Sequence record: KM657822
Strand: one strand, 5' to 3'
Length of the DNA stretch: 64,000 nt
From: Escherichia phage vB_EcoM-VpaE1
The translations under genes and the position numbers were made by a program. The notes under the pieces are model-generated. The model searched no databases. It saw nothing but the letters and a program-made list of their open reading frames with translations, and had not been told where the DNA came from. This document shows positions 27,895-37,588 of this stretch, in pieces. Each line of letters opens with the position of its first letter. Positions within the stretch are counted from its first letter, which is position 1.

Positions 27895-27970
27895 GGGGTC
27901 ATAGTTTATATGGTTAAAATTCGAGTTTTGCAAACTTGGGAACTGAGTTCAATTCTCAGTGACTCCACCA
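27895..27970 (+). tRNA. tRNA-Ala (TGC)
   Basis: Anticodon stem cgagt/acttg, loop ttTGCaa; CCA. Confidence 0.7.
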
Positions 27971-27976
27971 ATTAGT

Positions 27977-28051
27977 GCATCCATAGTTTAAACGGGAAAA
28001 TTACAGTCTTCCAAACTGAGGTTGAGGGTTCGATTCCCTCTGGATGCTCCA
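27977..28051 (+). tRNA. tRNA-Gly (TCC)
   Basis: Anticodon loop ctTCCaa; T-loop GGTTCGATTCC; CCA. Confidence 0.65.
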
Positions 28052-28057
28052 AATAAT

Positions 28058-28134
28058 GCTGCTTTCGTATAATTGGCTATTACACATCCCTTGTAAGGAT
28101 GGAAATGCAGGTTCGAGTCCTGTGAGCAGCACCA
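28058..28134 (+). tRNA. tRNA-Thr (TGT)
   Basis: Anticodon stem catcc/ggatg, loop ctTGTaa; CCA. Confidence 0.7.
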
Positions 28135-28229
28135 ATTCAGAGGTCAAGTGAAAGACCGCTGGTGTCAACTGAAGACCGTAACAAATTCCACGGAGTTGAG
28201 TTAGCGGCACAACTTCAGACCTCTTTCAT

Positions 28230-28304
28230 ACTCGCTTAGTTTATATGGTAAAACATCACCCTTACAAGATGAAGAAAAAGGTTCAAGTCCTTTAGTGAGT
28301 ACCA
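28230..28304 (+). tRNA. tRNA-Val (TAC)
   Basis: Anticodon loop ctTACaa; T-arm aaagg-ttcaagt-ccttt; CCA. Confidence 0.65.
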
Positions 28305-28305
28305 T

Positions 28306-28383
28306 GTTCCAGTATCCCAATTGGCAGAGGATGCAAGCTCAAACCTTGTACTAGTGACGGTTCGAATCCGTCTTGGAACACCA
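28306..28383 (+). tRNA. tRNA with CAA anticodon (Leu by anticodon; short variable arm)
   Basis: Anticodon stem gcaag/cttgt, loop ctCAAac; T-arm gacgg-ttcgaat-ccgtc; CCA. Confidence 0.6.
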
Positions 28384-28402
28384 ATTTTGAGAGGCTATTT
28401 AG

Positions 28403-28960
28403 ATGAGATATTTGAAGTATGCTTCATGGATTTTCCTAGCTTTACTAGAACCATTTGCAGCAACCCTAGCAGTCATCTTAGCACCTTTCGTAGTTCCATT
28501 CTACAGTGAGAAGAAAGGACATCTACCTTTTGGATTCAGATGGATGGAGACCTATGACAACCCAATTGATGGTGATGAAGGCCACGTTAAAAGATGGGCT
28601 AAGATTAGAAAGATTGGTAAGCTGGGTGTCTACATGCAGAGAGTTGGATGGCTCTGGAGAAACAAAGCTTATAACTTCTCTTACCATGTATTAGGAAGAG
28701 ATGTAAAAGATGTTACTAAGTGGAAAGGTAATATCAACGTAAGTTCTAACCCTGAAGATAATCAGACTGGTTATCTCCTAATGTGGAACAGTAATGCTTG
28801 GGGATTATTCGCTTTTATCCCATCAATTAAAGTCTTTGGTAAACAGTTTTACTGGAGAATTTATGTTGGGTGGAAACTTAAAAGTGTTGTCCCAGAAGAA
28901 AGAGCATTCTCAAGGGAAAGAGTTATGTTGGCATTCTTTATTCATCCACTGAGAAAGTAA
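28403..28960 (+). CDS. hypothetical membrane protein encoded inside tRNA cluster
   Basis: 185-aa ORF with N-terminal hydrophobic segment, Trp-rich; no tRNA overlap. Confidence 0.5.
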   Translation: MRYLKYASWIFLALLEPFAATLAVILAPFVVPFYSEKKGHLPFGFRWMETYDNPIDGDEGHVKRWAKIRKIGKLGVYMQRVGWLWRNKAYNFSYHVLGRDVKDVTKWKGNINVSSNPEDNQTGYLLMWNSNAWGLFAFIPSIKVFGKQFYWRIYVGWKLKSVVPEERAFSRERVMLAFFIHPLRK

Positions 28961-28968
28961 AGATTTAA

Positions 28969-29044
28969 AGGGGATTAGTTTACAAGGTTAAAACCTCGGT
29001 CTTTGAAATCGAAGAAGTTGGTTCAATTCCAACATCCCCCGCCA
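28969..29044 (+). tRNA. tRNA-Gln (TTG)
   Basis: Anticodon loop ctTTGaa; unpaired 1-72 (A/C); CCA. Confidence 0.65.
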
Positions 29045-29046
29045 AT

Positions 29047-29125
29047 GCTCCATTACTCCAATTGGCAGAGAGGCCAGACTTAAAATCTGTGTTATGTATC
29101 GGTTCGAATCCGATATGGAGTACCA
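29047..29125 (+). tRNA. tRNA with TAA anticodon (Leu by anticodon; short variable arm)
   Basis: Anticodon loop ctTAAaa; T-arm atcgg-ttcgaat-ccgat; CCA. Confidence 0.6.
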
Positions 29126-29130
29126 AATTT

Positions 29131-29206
29131 AGCGGTATAGCATAACTGGCAATGCAACAGTCTCTGAAGCTGTCCTATTAAGGTTCAAATCCTTATGCCG
29201 CTGCCA
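29131..29206 (+). tRNA. tRNA-Gln (CTG)
   Basis: Anticodon stem acagt/gctgt, loop ctCTGaa; CCA. Confidence 0.65.
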
Positions 29207-29237
29207 CTTCTAAGGGTTCTTACGAGAGTCCTTAAAT

Positions 29238-29313
29238 GTGGCCTTATCATAAATGGTAATGACCCATGCTGTGAACATGGTCTATACGGGTTCAAATCCC
29301 GTAGGTCACCCCA
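29238..29313 (+). tRNA. tRNA-His (GTG)
   Basis: Anticodon stem ccatg/catgg, loop ctGTGaa; CCA. Confidence 0.7.
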
Positions 29314-29318
29314 ATTTA

Positions 29319-29395
29319 TAGTCCAAGTAGCTTATATGGTTAAAGCGCGTGTCTGAAAAACATGAGAAGAGGGTTCAAATCCCACTGGACTACCA
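29319..29395 (+). tRNA. tRNA-Phe (GAA)
   Basis: Anticodon loop ctGAAaa; T-loop GGTTCAAATCC; acceptor register ambiguous by 1-2 nt. Confidence 0.6.
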
Positions 29396-29411
29396 ATTTC
29401 AAAGGTGCTTA

Positions 29412-30146
29412 ATGAAAGAGATGACAGAACAAGGTAAGGAGATTTTTAATCTCTTAAAAACCGGTAAAGGGTTTTCTAACCCACTTATTACTGGTGCAGC
29501 AGTTCTCGGTGGAACCGTAGCTGCCTCTACATCACTTGTAAGCTCTATTAGCTCTGTAACAGACCCTGCAATGAAGGAGAAACTTGTTGCTGCTGGACTT
29601 ACAACAGTCCTTCTAAACAGCTTTACAACAAGCCTTACAAGCACTACAGCAACTACTAAGACCCTAACAGACTACGGTCAAAAGTCTATTGATGAGTTTT
29701 CATCACGTATGCAGGTAGCAAAGGGATATTCCAATGTTATGGGTGCAGCAGGAGAACAGGTTGGTTGTACACCATTCAGTGGTATTATGGGTGTTGCTAC
29801 AGAATATGGTCAAAAAGCTATTGACACAATTAACAGTACACTAGATAGTGTTAATGGTGTGTTAAGTGACTTACAAGATGCTATTGATAAGGGTCTTGAT
29901 ACTGTTTCTGATTTAGCTAACCAAGCTGTTAGTAAGATTAATGAAGGTATCTCAAAGATTACAGCTTATGCAGATGAAGTTGTGCAGATGATTGAAGAAG
30001 AAGCTGCCCTTATTGCAGAGTACCTTAAAACGAATATCAATGGGTTCTTAGCAGGTATCTTACCAGACTGGTTTGACGATGCTTGTAAAACTGGTGTGAT
30101 TGACACTATTGCAACACCAGAAATGAAGAACGCATTACAGAAATAA
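29412..30146 (+). CDS. hypothetical protein (Gly/Ala-rich N-region, helical C-region)
   Basis: Start moved to ATG 29412 after aaaggtg RBS, downstream of tRNA-Phe. Confidence 0.5.
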   Translation: MKEMTEQGKEIFNLLKTGKGFSNPLITGAAVLGGTVAASTSLVSSISSVTDPAMKEKLVAAGLTTVLLNSFTTSLTSTTATTKTLTDYGQKSIDEFSSRMQVAKGYSNVMGAAGEQVGCTPFSGIMGVATEYGQKAIDTINSTLDSVNGVLSDLQDAIDKGLDTVSDLANQAVSKINEGISKITAYADEVVQMIEEEAALIAEYLKTNINGFLAGILPDWFDDACKTGVIDTIATPEMKNALQK

Positions 30147-30147
30147 T

Positions 30148-30240
30148 GGAAGATTAACCCTAAAAGGTAAGGGAGCAGTTTGCTAAACTGCTAGTAGCTG
30201 AGAAATCGGTGTACCAGTTCAAGTCTGGTATCTTCCTCCA
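30148..30240 (+). tRNA. tRNA-Ser (GCT)
   Basis: 93 nt with long variable arm; anticodon stem gcagt/actgc, loop ttGCTaa; CCA; begins 2 nt after upstream stop codon. Confidence 0.7.
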
Positions 30241-30244
30241 ATTT

Positions 30245-30320
30245 GAATCCGTGACAGAAATGGATATGTGCCTGTCTGCAAAACAGGTTTATAAGGGTTC
30301 AAGTCCCTTCGGATTCTCCA
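30245..30320 (+). tRNA. tRNA-Cys (GCA)
   Basis: Anticodon stem cctgt/acagg, loop ctGCAaa; T-arm aaggg-ttcaagt-ccctt; CCA. Confidence 0.7.
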
Positions 30321-30482
30321 AGTTATTTTACTCTCTCTCAATTAAAATAATAATAATGCCCTGCTATAAGTATTCTTCCTTTCGCTACCGAAGAGTATTT
30401 TTAGACAGGGCTTTTTTACAGAGTTATACTTTATAGGAAGACTTATACAGTATGTCTCTGACGTACATTGTGGTTTCTCCTT

Positions 30483-30506
30483 GACGGTCTCCGTGCCGTC
30501 TTTTTT
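30483..30506 (+). terminator. intrinsic terminator after tRNA cluster
   Basis: Hairpin gacgg...ccgtc followed by T6; a second hairpin plus T-run lies at about 30358-30417. Confidence 0.6.
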
Positions 30507-30542
30507 AAGGGGAAACAAGATTAATTATTTGGAGAAAACATA

Positions 30543-30743
30543 ATGAGCGAGAACGTTTATAAAGAACTTTATGAAGCTAACAAGAAGTTAGAGTTTATGC
30601 AGAATACTATCATGGCAATTGCAGACAGATTATCTGTAGCAACAGGTATTGATATTAAAGAAGCATCTATGGATGCACTTCTTGATGCTGTTGATGCAAA
30701 GTTCGAAGTTAAGAAAGAAGAGACTGCTACAGACTCTGAATAA
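30543..30743 (+). CDS. hypothetical small protein upstream of terminase
   Basis: 66-aa ORF with RBS; position matches a small terminase subunit but no motif support. Confidence 0.4.
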   Translation: MSENVYKELYEANKKLEFMQNTIMAIADRLSVATGIDIKEASMDALLDAVDAKFEVKKEETATDSE

Positions 30744-30764
30744 TTCTATTTGCGGAGGCGCTTA

Positions 30765-32366
30765 ATGGACTTAAATGCTGTTAAGCAGAAGCGAGTGGAA
30801 GATGTTAGGAAAGTCCTAGCTGGAGAGTTGGGGCTTTCTGATGAAGTAAAAGAAATTATCAAATCATTCGGTAAAGACCCCTCTAAATTCCTTCCAACTC
30901 AAATTCTGACTTTATTAAGATACACACCAGACCAAGTTCGCCTCATCTTTAAATTGATGACTGATAAGAACTATGTAGCCCCTCAACCGGGTTCTCAAGA
31001 GGTCTTTTTAAATACTAATGCTGACTTGGTTCTCTATGGTGGTGCTGCTGGTGCTGGTAAGACTGCCGCATTGTTAATGGACTCTTTAAGATTTATTGAA
31101 GACCCTAACTATAATGCTGTATATTTCCGTCGAAATACAACACAATTACAAGGTGGTTTATGGCCTGCTGCAAAGAAACTATTTGGTAAGTTTGGTGGGA
31201 TTCCTCACGAGCAGAAAATGACTATCACATTCCCTTCTGGGGCAACTATCAAGTTTACCTACCTAGAACTTGAAAAGCACGCTGAAGGTCATCAGGGTAT
31301 TGAATACTCAGCTATTTACTTTGACGAAGGTACACACTTCTCTGCTTCACAGATTTCATACCTACAAACCCGTCTACGTTCTGGTGCTGAAGGTGATTCA
31401 TACATGAAGATTTCCATGAACCCAGACAGAGACCACTTTATTTACGATTGGGTAGAGCCATTCTTAGATGAAGAAGGCTATCCAGACCCTGAAAAATGTG
31501 GTCGTATTCGTTGGTATGTAATGAACGATGGTGTGATGGTTTCTGATTGGGAGAGAGACAAGATTCTTGAAATGTTCCCTCTTGAGATTCCTCAAACATA
31601 CACCTTTATCTCTGGTACGATTGATGATAACCCAATCCTTGACTTCTTAGAACCTAAGTACCGTGGTAAGTTGGAAAACAACACCCCTGTAAACGTTGCA
31701 AGACTTCGTTTCGGTAACTGGAAGGCTCGTGCAGAAGGTTCAAACTACTGGCAAAGACAATGGTGTGAGATTGTTGATTCACTCCCAGAAGATGTATTTG
31801 ATGTTAGAGCATGGGACTTAGCAGCAACTTTACCATCTGAGATTAACCCTAATCCAGACTGGACAGCAGGTGTTAAGATGGGTAAATCTAAAAAAGACGG
31901 TTGCTATTATATCATTGATGTAGTAAGATTTAGAGATAGACCCTCTGGAGTCGAAACACAAATTAATTTGACTGCTGAAAGTGACGGTAAGCGAACTGGT
32001 ATTTTTATCCCTCAAGACCCAGGCGCTGCTGGTAAATCCTACGCAACATCCCTCATCAGGAAACTTGCCGAGAAAGGCTATCGTGCAAGAGCTAAACCAA
32101 CAAATAAAGATAAAGTTACCCGCTTTGCGGGATTTTCTGCTGCTTCTGAAGCTGGACTTGTAAAAGTCTTGAGAGGTAGTTGGAATGAAGCTTACTTTCA
32201 AGAGCTTGAAGGCTTTTGTGGCGATGGTAAAACTAAAGATGACCAAGTGGATGCTACCAGTGATGCTTTCAACAGTCTTAACGAAGTTAAATTATTCAAG
32301 CCACCATCAATGGGTGCTCACACAGATTTAGTGAGGGGAAACCCATATGAGGGGCTTAGACGTTGA
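30765..32366 (+). CDS. terminase large subunit
   Basis: Walker A LYGGAAGAGKTAAL; size and position ahead of portal; start set at ATG 30765 after ggagg RBS. Confidence 0.8.
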   Translation: MDLNAVKQKRVEDVRKVLAGELGLSDEVKEIIKSFGKDPSKFLPTQILTLLRYTPDQVRLIFKLMTDKNYVAPQPGSQEVFLNTNADLVLYGGAAGAGKTAALLMDSLRFIEDPNYNAVYFRRNTTQLQGGLWPAAKKLFGKFGGIPHEQKMTITFPSGATIKFTYLELEKHAEGHQGIEYSAIYFDEGTHFSASQISYLQTRLRSGAEGDSYMKISMNPDRDHFIYDWVEPFLDEEGYPDPEKCGRIRWYVMNDGVMVSDWERDKILEMFPLEIPQTYTFISGTIDDNPILDFLEPKYRGKLENNTPVNVARLRFGNWKARAEGSNYWQRQWCEIVDSLPEDVFDVRAWDLAATLPSEINPNPDWTAGVKMGKSKKDGCYYIIDVVRFRDRPSGVETQINLTAESDGKRTGIFIPQDPGAAGKSYATSLIRKLAEKGYRARAKPTNKDKVTRFAGFSAASEAGLVKVLRGSWNEAYFQELEGFCGDGKTKDDQVDATSDAFNSLNEVKLFKPPSMGAHTDLVRGNPYEGLRR

Positions 32367-32382
32367 TAGCTAGGTGAGAAGA

Positions 32383-33849
32383 ATGGCAGATATTACAGAA
32401 ACACAAGAAAGCTTACCACCATTTAGAATGGGTGAAGTAGGTTCTTTGGGTCTGAAGGTTAAGAATGGAAGAATCTATGAAGAACCTCGTCAGGCACTAA
32501 GGTTCCCTGAAAGTATTAAAACTTTCCAATTAATGATGCGTGACCCTGCTGTAGCAGCATCTGTAAATATTATTAAGATGTTTGTCAGAAAAGTCAACTG
32601 GAGATTCGTACCTCCAAAGGGAAAAGAGCAAGACCCTAAAATGCTTGAAAGAGCAGACTTCTTTAATTCTTTAATGGATGACATGGAGCATGATTGGGCA
32701 GATTTTATTAATTCTGTAATGTCATTCTGCACTTATGGGTTCTGTGTTAACGAGAAAGTTTATAAGAAGCGACAGGGTAAAAAAGGAAAGTACCAGTCAA
32801 AATTTGATGATGGTCTAATTGGATGGGCTAAATTACCAATCAGAAACCAATCAACACTTGATAAGTGGTATTTTGACGAAGACTTTAGAAAAGTTACTGG
32901 TGTTAGACAGAATCTGAGAAATGTTTCACATATTGCTGGAGCAATTAATCTTGGAGAAAGAACACTAACAAGAAAACTTCCACGAGCTAAATTCATGCTG
33001 TTTAAGTATGATGATGAATATGGAAACCCAGAAGGTCGTTCACCATTACTTAATGCTTATGTACCGTGGAAGTATAAAGTACAGATTGAAGAGTACGAAG
33101 CTGTTGGCGTTTCAAGAGACTTGGTAGGTATGCCGAAGATTGGTTTACCACCAGATTATCTGGATGAAAATGCAGAACCTGAAAAGAAAGCTTTCGTACA
33201 ATACTGCAAAACTGTTGTTAATGATATGATTGCTAATGACAGAGCAGGTTTAATCTGGCCTAGATATATCGACCCAGATACTAAAGAGGATATTTTTGAG
33301 TTCTCATTAGTTTCTAGACAGGGTGCTAAAGCATACGATACAGGTTCTATTATTGACAGATATTCCAAGCAGATTATGATGGCATTCATGTCAGATGTTC
33401 TTGCTATGGGTCAGTCAAAATACGGTTCATTCTCTCTTGCAGATTCTAAGACAAGCTTACTAGCAATGTCGGTAGATATTCTGCTGAAGCAAATTAAGAA
33501 CGTAATTAACCGTGATTTAGTTGCACAGACTTATGCTCTTAATATGTGGGATGATGAAGAACATGTACAAATCACATATGATGATATCGAAACTCCAGAC
33601 CTTGAAGCAATTGGTTCTTATATTCAGAAGACTGTTGCAGTAGGTGCTTTGGAAGTTGACAAAGAGCTATCTAACAAGCTTAGAGAGCATATTGGTCTTC
33701 CTCCTGCTGATGAGTCTCAGCCAGTATCTGAAAAGCTTTCTCCAAATAGCCAAAGCCGCTCAGGAGATGGTTATAAGACCGCTGGAGAAGGTACTGCAAA
33801 GACACCTTCAGCGAAAGACCCAAGCACAGCAAATAAGGCAAATAAATAA
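32383..33849 (+). CDS. portal protein (by synteny)
   Basis: About 490 aa immediately after terminase; acidic C-terminus. Confidence 0.6.
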   Translation: MADITETQESLPPFRMGEVGSLGLKVKNGRIYEEPRQALRFPESIKTFQLMMRDPAVAASVNIIKMFVRKVNWRFVPPKGKEQDPKMLERADFFNSLMDDMEHDWADFINSVMSFCTYGFCVNEKVYKKRQGKKGKYQSKFDDGLIGWAKLPIRNQSTLDKWYFDEDFRKVTGVRQNLRNVSHIAGAINLGERTLTRKLPRAKFMLFKYDDEYGNPEGRSPLLNAYVPWKYKVQIEEYEAVGVSRDLVGMPKIGLPPDYLDENAEPEKKAFVQYCKTVVNDMIANDRAGLIWPRYIDPDTKEDIFEFSLVSRQGAKAYDTGSIIDRYSKQIMMAFMSDVLAMGQSKYGSFSLADSKTSLLAMSVDILLKQIKNVINRDLVAQTYALNMWDDEEHVQITYDDIETPDLEAIGSYIQKTVAVGALEVDKELSNKLREHIGLPPADESQPVSEKLSPNSQSRSGDGYKTAGEGTAKTPSAKDPSTANKANK

Positions 33850-34349
33850 TGGCTGAAGTTATCTCTATTTCAAATGCTACACGAGTGCATTCGTATAGAG
33901 GTGTTCTTATTATCACTGACAAATTATCTGTAGAGGCTGGCTCAAGGGTCAGCCTTTCAGGTTATGTAAGTGATGGTGGAACCTCTGACGTTTTCACTAT
34001 TTGCAGGTTACTTGATGCTCCAATGAGTGGAAAACCGTTTATTTCAGGAAATTGTAGTGAAATTGTTAAAATTCCATTTGACAGTTCATGCCTTTTTGGT
34101 GTAAAGTTATATAACTGCGAGAATAAACGTATCAATGTTAATAGCATTGAAGCCGCTTTCATTACCCTCGACACTGCATTTCAATCTCCAATGACAGTTA
34201 ATAAAGAAACAAACAGACTTGAGTACATTTTTTCACAAAATGATTACAAAGTACTTGTCAAAGGTAAAGTATATGATATGATTGTAAATGTGGTAGATGA
34301 ATCTGGTAACCATTCAACAGTCCTTAAACAAAAAGTAAGGTTTAATTAA
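33849..34349 (+). CDS. hypothetical head-module protein
   Basis: ORF coupled to portal stop. Confidence 0.45.
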   Translation: MAEVISISNATRVHSYRGVLIITDKLSVEAGSRVSLSGYVSDGGTSDVFTICRLLDAPMSGKPFISGNCSEIVKIPFDSSCLFGVKLYNCENKRINVNSIEAAFITLDTAFQSPMTVNKETNRLEYIFSQNDYKVLVKGKVYDMIVNVVDESGNHSTVLKQKVRFN

Positions 34350-34681
34350 TGGGAACATTAACTATTGATGGTAAGAATAAAATCCTCGCCACGCTAACCC
34401 CAACGACTATTATTTTACACAATGTAGACCCAACGGCAGACCCTACAGCAAATAAGGTTACTCAGCCAGTGGCTATTTATTTTTCTGAACCGGATAATGG
34501 CTTAATTGCCTCAGAAGACACAGTTAATATTACTGTTCCATCTTCTGCAACGGTCTCACACTATAGCTTGTGGGATGCTAACGATAAATGCGTGGCAACT
34601 GGTGCTCTTAGCAAACCTCAATTCTTTGCTGAAGAAGGTATCTATGTTATCTCTTCAGTCTCTGTAGATTTAAACAAATAG
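34349..34681 (+). CDS. hypothetical head-module protein
   Basis: ORF. Confidence 0.45.
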   Translation: MGTLTIDGKNKILATLTPTTIILHNVDPTADPTANKVTQPVAIYFSEPDNGLIASEDTVNITVPSSATVSHYSLWDANDKCVATGALSKPQFFAEEGIYVISSVSVDLNK

Positions 34682-34692
34682 GGTGAGTAAAA

Positions 34693-36039
34693 ATGAGTTC
34701 GAATATCTTCAGACTTGCTGATAGATTATTCAACCAACCTTTACTAGCCACTGAATCATTAGCTCACTCAGCAGCAACTTATGTGAATAACAGATTGCTG
34801 GGTGATGTCCAAGCAGCAGTAAACTTTGATAAACCCAAAGGTGAAGCAAGAAGTCTTTTAAAAGTAAAAGATGACATTGCTATTATCCCTATTATGGGTG
34901 GTTTAACCCATCGTATGACATTCATTGATGCAATGTGTACAGGTGGACTAAGCTCTTATGAAGGTTTACGTAGAGGTTTTGACGAAGCTTTAGCAGATGA
35001 GTCAATTAAGACTATTGTTCTGCACATTGATTCTGGTGGTGGTGAAGCTTCAGGTTGCTTTGAATTAGCACGTCACATTATGGCTTCAAGAGGCCAAAAG
35101 AAAATTATTGCTTATGTAGATGAGTTCGCTTGTTCCGCTGCATACGCTCTTGCATCTTCTGCTGAAGAAATTATTGCATCACCAGATGCAGATGTTGGTT
35201 CTATCGGTGTAATCATGGTTCATCAGGAATTAACTAAGGCATTTGAAAAGAATGGCGTAACAATTAACGTCATCAAAGCTGGTGAGTTTAAAGGTATGGG
35301 TTCACCATTCCAAGCACTCTCAGAAGAAAGCAAAGAAAGACTTCAAAAGAGAATTAATGATACCTACGCAACCTTTACAGGTTTTGTAGCCGAATCTCGT
35401 AATCTCTCTGAAGAAGCTGTAAAGAATACTGAGGCGAATGTTTATTCTGCTCAGGAAGCTCTTGAACTTGGTTTAATTAACTCAATCATGTCTCAAGATG
35501 ATTTCTTAAATTACTTACAAGGTTCTGAAGAGGCTCCTGTAAGTTTAAACGTTAACAATTCAGGTGAAGAAATGACTGAACAAGAAAAGCAAGAACTAGA
35601 AGCTTTGCGTCTTCAGGTTGCTCAAATGAAAGCTAAAGAACAGGAAGCTGCTTTGTCAGATTTGACTAATAAGATTTCTGCTTCTGCTGAAGCTTTTGGA
35701 TTTGATGCAAAAGAAGTCGCAACGACTATTTTAGGTGCTGGTCTTGATAACCCTCTGAGTGTTCTGTTTATGAATGCTATGGAAGGTGCTAACCAGAAAC
35801 TTAATGAAACTATCGCGTCCCATGCTTCTGCAATGGAAGAAAAAGAATCAGAAATTACCAAGCTGAAAGAAACTGCTGGTGCTGTTCTTGAACATTCCAA
35901 CGCTATGGAAGAAGTGGGTAATGACGGCGAAGCTGATTTGGTTGAAGAAGAAAAAGAACCAGCTAAAAATACTTCCGAAGACACTGCTGAACAACGCAAA
36001 CTGGCTCTCCAGAATGCTCTAAAATCTCTTATCAAATAA
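34693..36039 (+). CDS. prohead protease (S49/ClpP-like) fused to scaffold-like coiled-coil region
   Basis: LHIDSGGGE...YVDEFACSAAYALAS...GSIGV matches the S49 peptidase fold; Glu/Ala-rich helical C-terminus. Confidence 0.7.
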   Translation: MSSNIFRLADRLFNQPLLATESLAHSAATYVNNRLLGDVQAAVNFDKPKGEARSLLKVKDDIAIIPIMGGLTHRMTFIDAMCTGGLSSYEGLRRGFDEALADESIKTIVLHIDSGGGEASGCFELARHIMASRGQKKIIAYVDEFACSAAYALASSAEEIIASPDADVGSIGVIMVHQELTKAFEKNGVTINVIKAGEFKGMGSPFQALSEESKERLQKRINDTYATFTGFVAESRNLSEEAVKNTEANVYSAQEALELGLINSIMSQDDFLNYLQGSEEAPVSLNVNNSGEEMTEQEKQELEALRLQVAQMKAKEQEAALSDLTNKISASAEAFGFDAKEVATTILGAGLDNPLSVLFMNAMEGANQKLNETIASHASAMEEKESEITKLKETAGAVLEHSNAMEEVGNDGEADLVEEEKEPAKNTSEDTAEQRKLALQNALKSLIK

Positions 36040-36050
36040 GGAACACAATA

Positions 36051-36428
36051 ATGGCATATCAAGGTTTTACTAAGTTAGGTAAAAGAGAACCTCTGAATGA
36101 TATCATTCTTTGGGAACAGATTACCCCAACAGGCCACTCTCGTAAAGAGTACACTCCAGTTGCTTCAACAGAATACCGTGTAGGTGAAGTTCTGAAAGCA
36201 GATGGTACTAAGGTTACAGCAGGGCAAGAGGCTCAGGCTGATTCAGTATGTATCGTTAACTTTTATGCAGACTCACAACTGTCTTATCATGGTCAGTTGA
36301 AAGTTGTTGGTATTTACCGCGACGCAGAACTGAAAGACATGCTTACTCTTGAAGCAAGCGTTAATGCTGATGAAGTCAAGAAGGCTCTGGCTGCTAAAGG
36401 TATTGATTTCGTACCAACTGGCCTGTAA
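36051..36428 (+). CDS. small head protein (possible decoration protein)
   Basis: 125-aa ORF between protease and capsid gene. Confidence 0.4.
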   Translation: MAYQGFTKLGKREPLNDIILWEQITPTGHSRKEYTPVASTEYRVGEVLKADGTKVTAGQEAQADSVCIVNFYADSQLSYHGQLKVVGIYRDAELKDMLTLEASVNADEVKKALAAKGIDFVPTGL

Positions 36429-36461
36429 TAACAATAATAAGACATTCTGGAGAATTTTACA

Positions 36462-37568
36462 ATGTTGACTAATTCTGAAAAAAGCAGATTTTTCCTTGCT
36501 GACCTGACTGGTGAAGTCCAGTCTATCCCAAATACTTATGGGTATATTTCCAACTTAGGTCTGTTCCGTTCAGCACCAATCACCCAAACTACTTTCCTTA
36601 TGGACTTGACTGATTGGGATGTTAGCTTGCTTGATGCGGTAGACCGTGATAGCCGTAAAGCAGAGACTAGCGCACCTGAGCGTGTTCGTCAAATTAGCTT
36701 CCCAATGATGTATTTCAAAGAAGTTGAAAGCATCACTCCTGATGAGATTCAGGGTGTACGTCAGCCAGGCACTGCAAACGAACTGACTACTGAAGCTGTA
36801 GTACGTGCTAAGAAGCTGATGAAGATTCGTACCAAGTTCGATATTACTCGTGAGTTCCTGTTTATGCAAGCTCTGAAGGGTAAAGTTGTCGATGCTCGTG
36901 GTACTCTGTACGCTGACCTGTACAAGCAGTTCGACGTTGAGAAGAAGACTGTTTACTTCGACCTTGACAATCCTAATGCTGACATCGATGCTTCTATCGA
37001 AGAACTGCGTATGCACATGGAAGACGAAGCTAAGACTGGCACTGTAATCAACGGTGAAGAAATTCACGTAGTTGTTGACCGTGTATTCTTCAGCAAACTG
37101 GTTAAGCATCCTAAGATTCGTGACGCTTATCTTGCACAGCAGACTCCGCTGGCTTGGCAACAGATTACTGGTTCTCTGAGAACTGGTGGTACTGACGGCG
37201 TTCAGGCTCATATGAACACCTTCTACTACGGTGGTGTTAAGTTTGTCCAGTACAACGGTAAGTTCAAAGACAAGCGTGGTAAGGTTCACACTCTGGTGAG
37301 CATTGATAGTGTAGCAGCAACTGTTGGTGTTGGTCATGCCTTCCCTAACGTATCTATGCTGGGTGAAGCTAACAACATCTTCGAAGTGGCATATGGCCCA
37401 TGTCCTAAGATGGGTTATGCAAATACACTTGGTCAGGAACTGTACGTATTTGAATACGAAAAAGACCGTGACGAAGGTATTGACTTCGAAGCTCACTCTT
37501 ACATGCTGCCATACTGCACTCGTCCTCAGTTGCTGGTAGATGTTCGCGCTGACGCTAAAGGTGGCTAA
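36462..37568 (+). CDS. major capsid protein (by synteny)
   Basis: 368-aa ORF after protease/scaffold; strong RBS. Confidence 0.65.
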   Translation: MLTNSEKSRFFLADLTGEVQSIPNTYGYISNLGLFRSAPITQTTFLMDLTDWDVSLLDAVDRDSRKAETSAPERVRQISFPMMYFKEVESITPDEIQGVRQPGTANELTTEAVVRAKKLMKIRTKFDITREFLFMQALKGKVVDARGTLYADLYKQFDVEKKTVYFDLDNPNADIDASIEELRMHMEDEAKTGTVINGEEIHVVVDRVFFSKLVKHPKIRDAYLAQQTPLAWQQITGSLRTGGTDGVQAHMNTFYYGGVKFVQYNGKFKDKRGKVHTLVSIDSVAATVGVGHAFPNVSMLGEANNIFEVAYGPCPKMGYANTLGQELYVFEYEKDRDEGIDFEAHSYMLPYCTRPQLLVDVRADAKGG

Positions 37569-37588
37569 TAAACTTAGGAGGGTTATGA

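Noticed and set aside
30750-30764. Alternative upstream (TTG/GTG) starts listed for terminase (30750) and portal (32374)
   Set aside because: Downstream ATGs at 30765 and 32383 have correctly spaced GGAGG-type RBS.
36570-37496. 308-aa minus-strand ORF antisense to the major capsid gene
   Set aside because: Lies entirely within a well-supported plus-strand structural gene; low-complexity translation.
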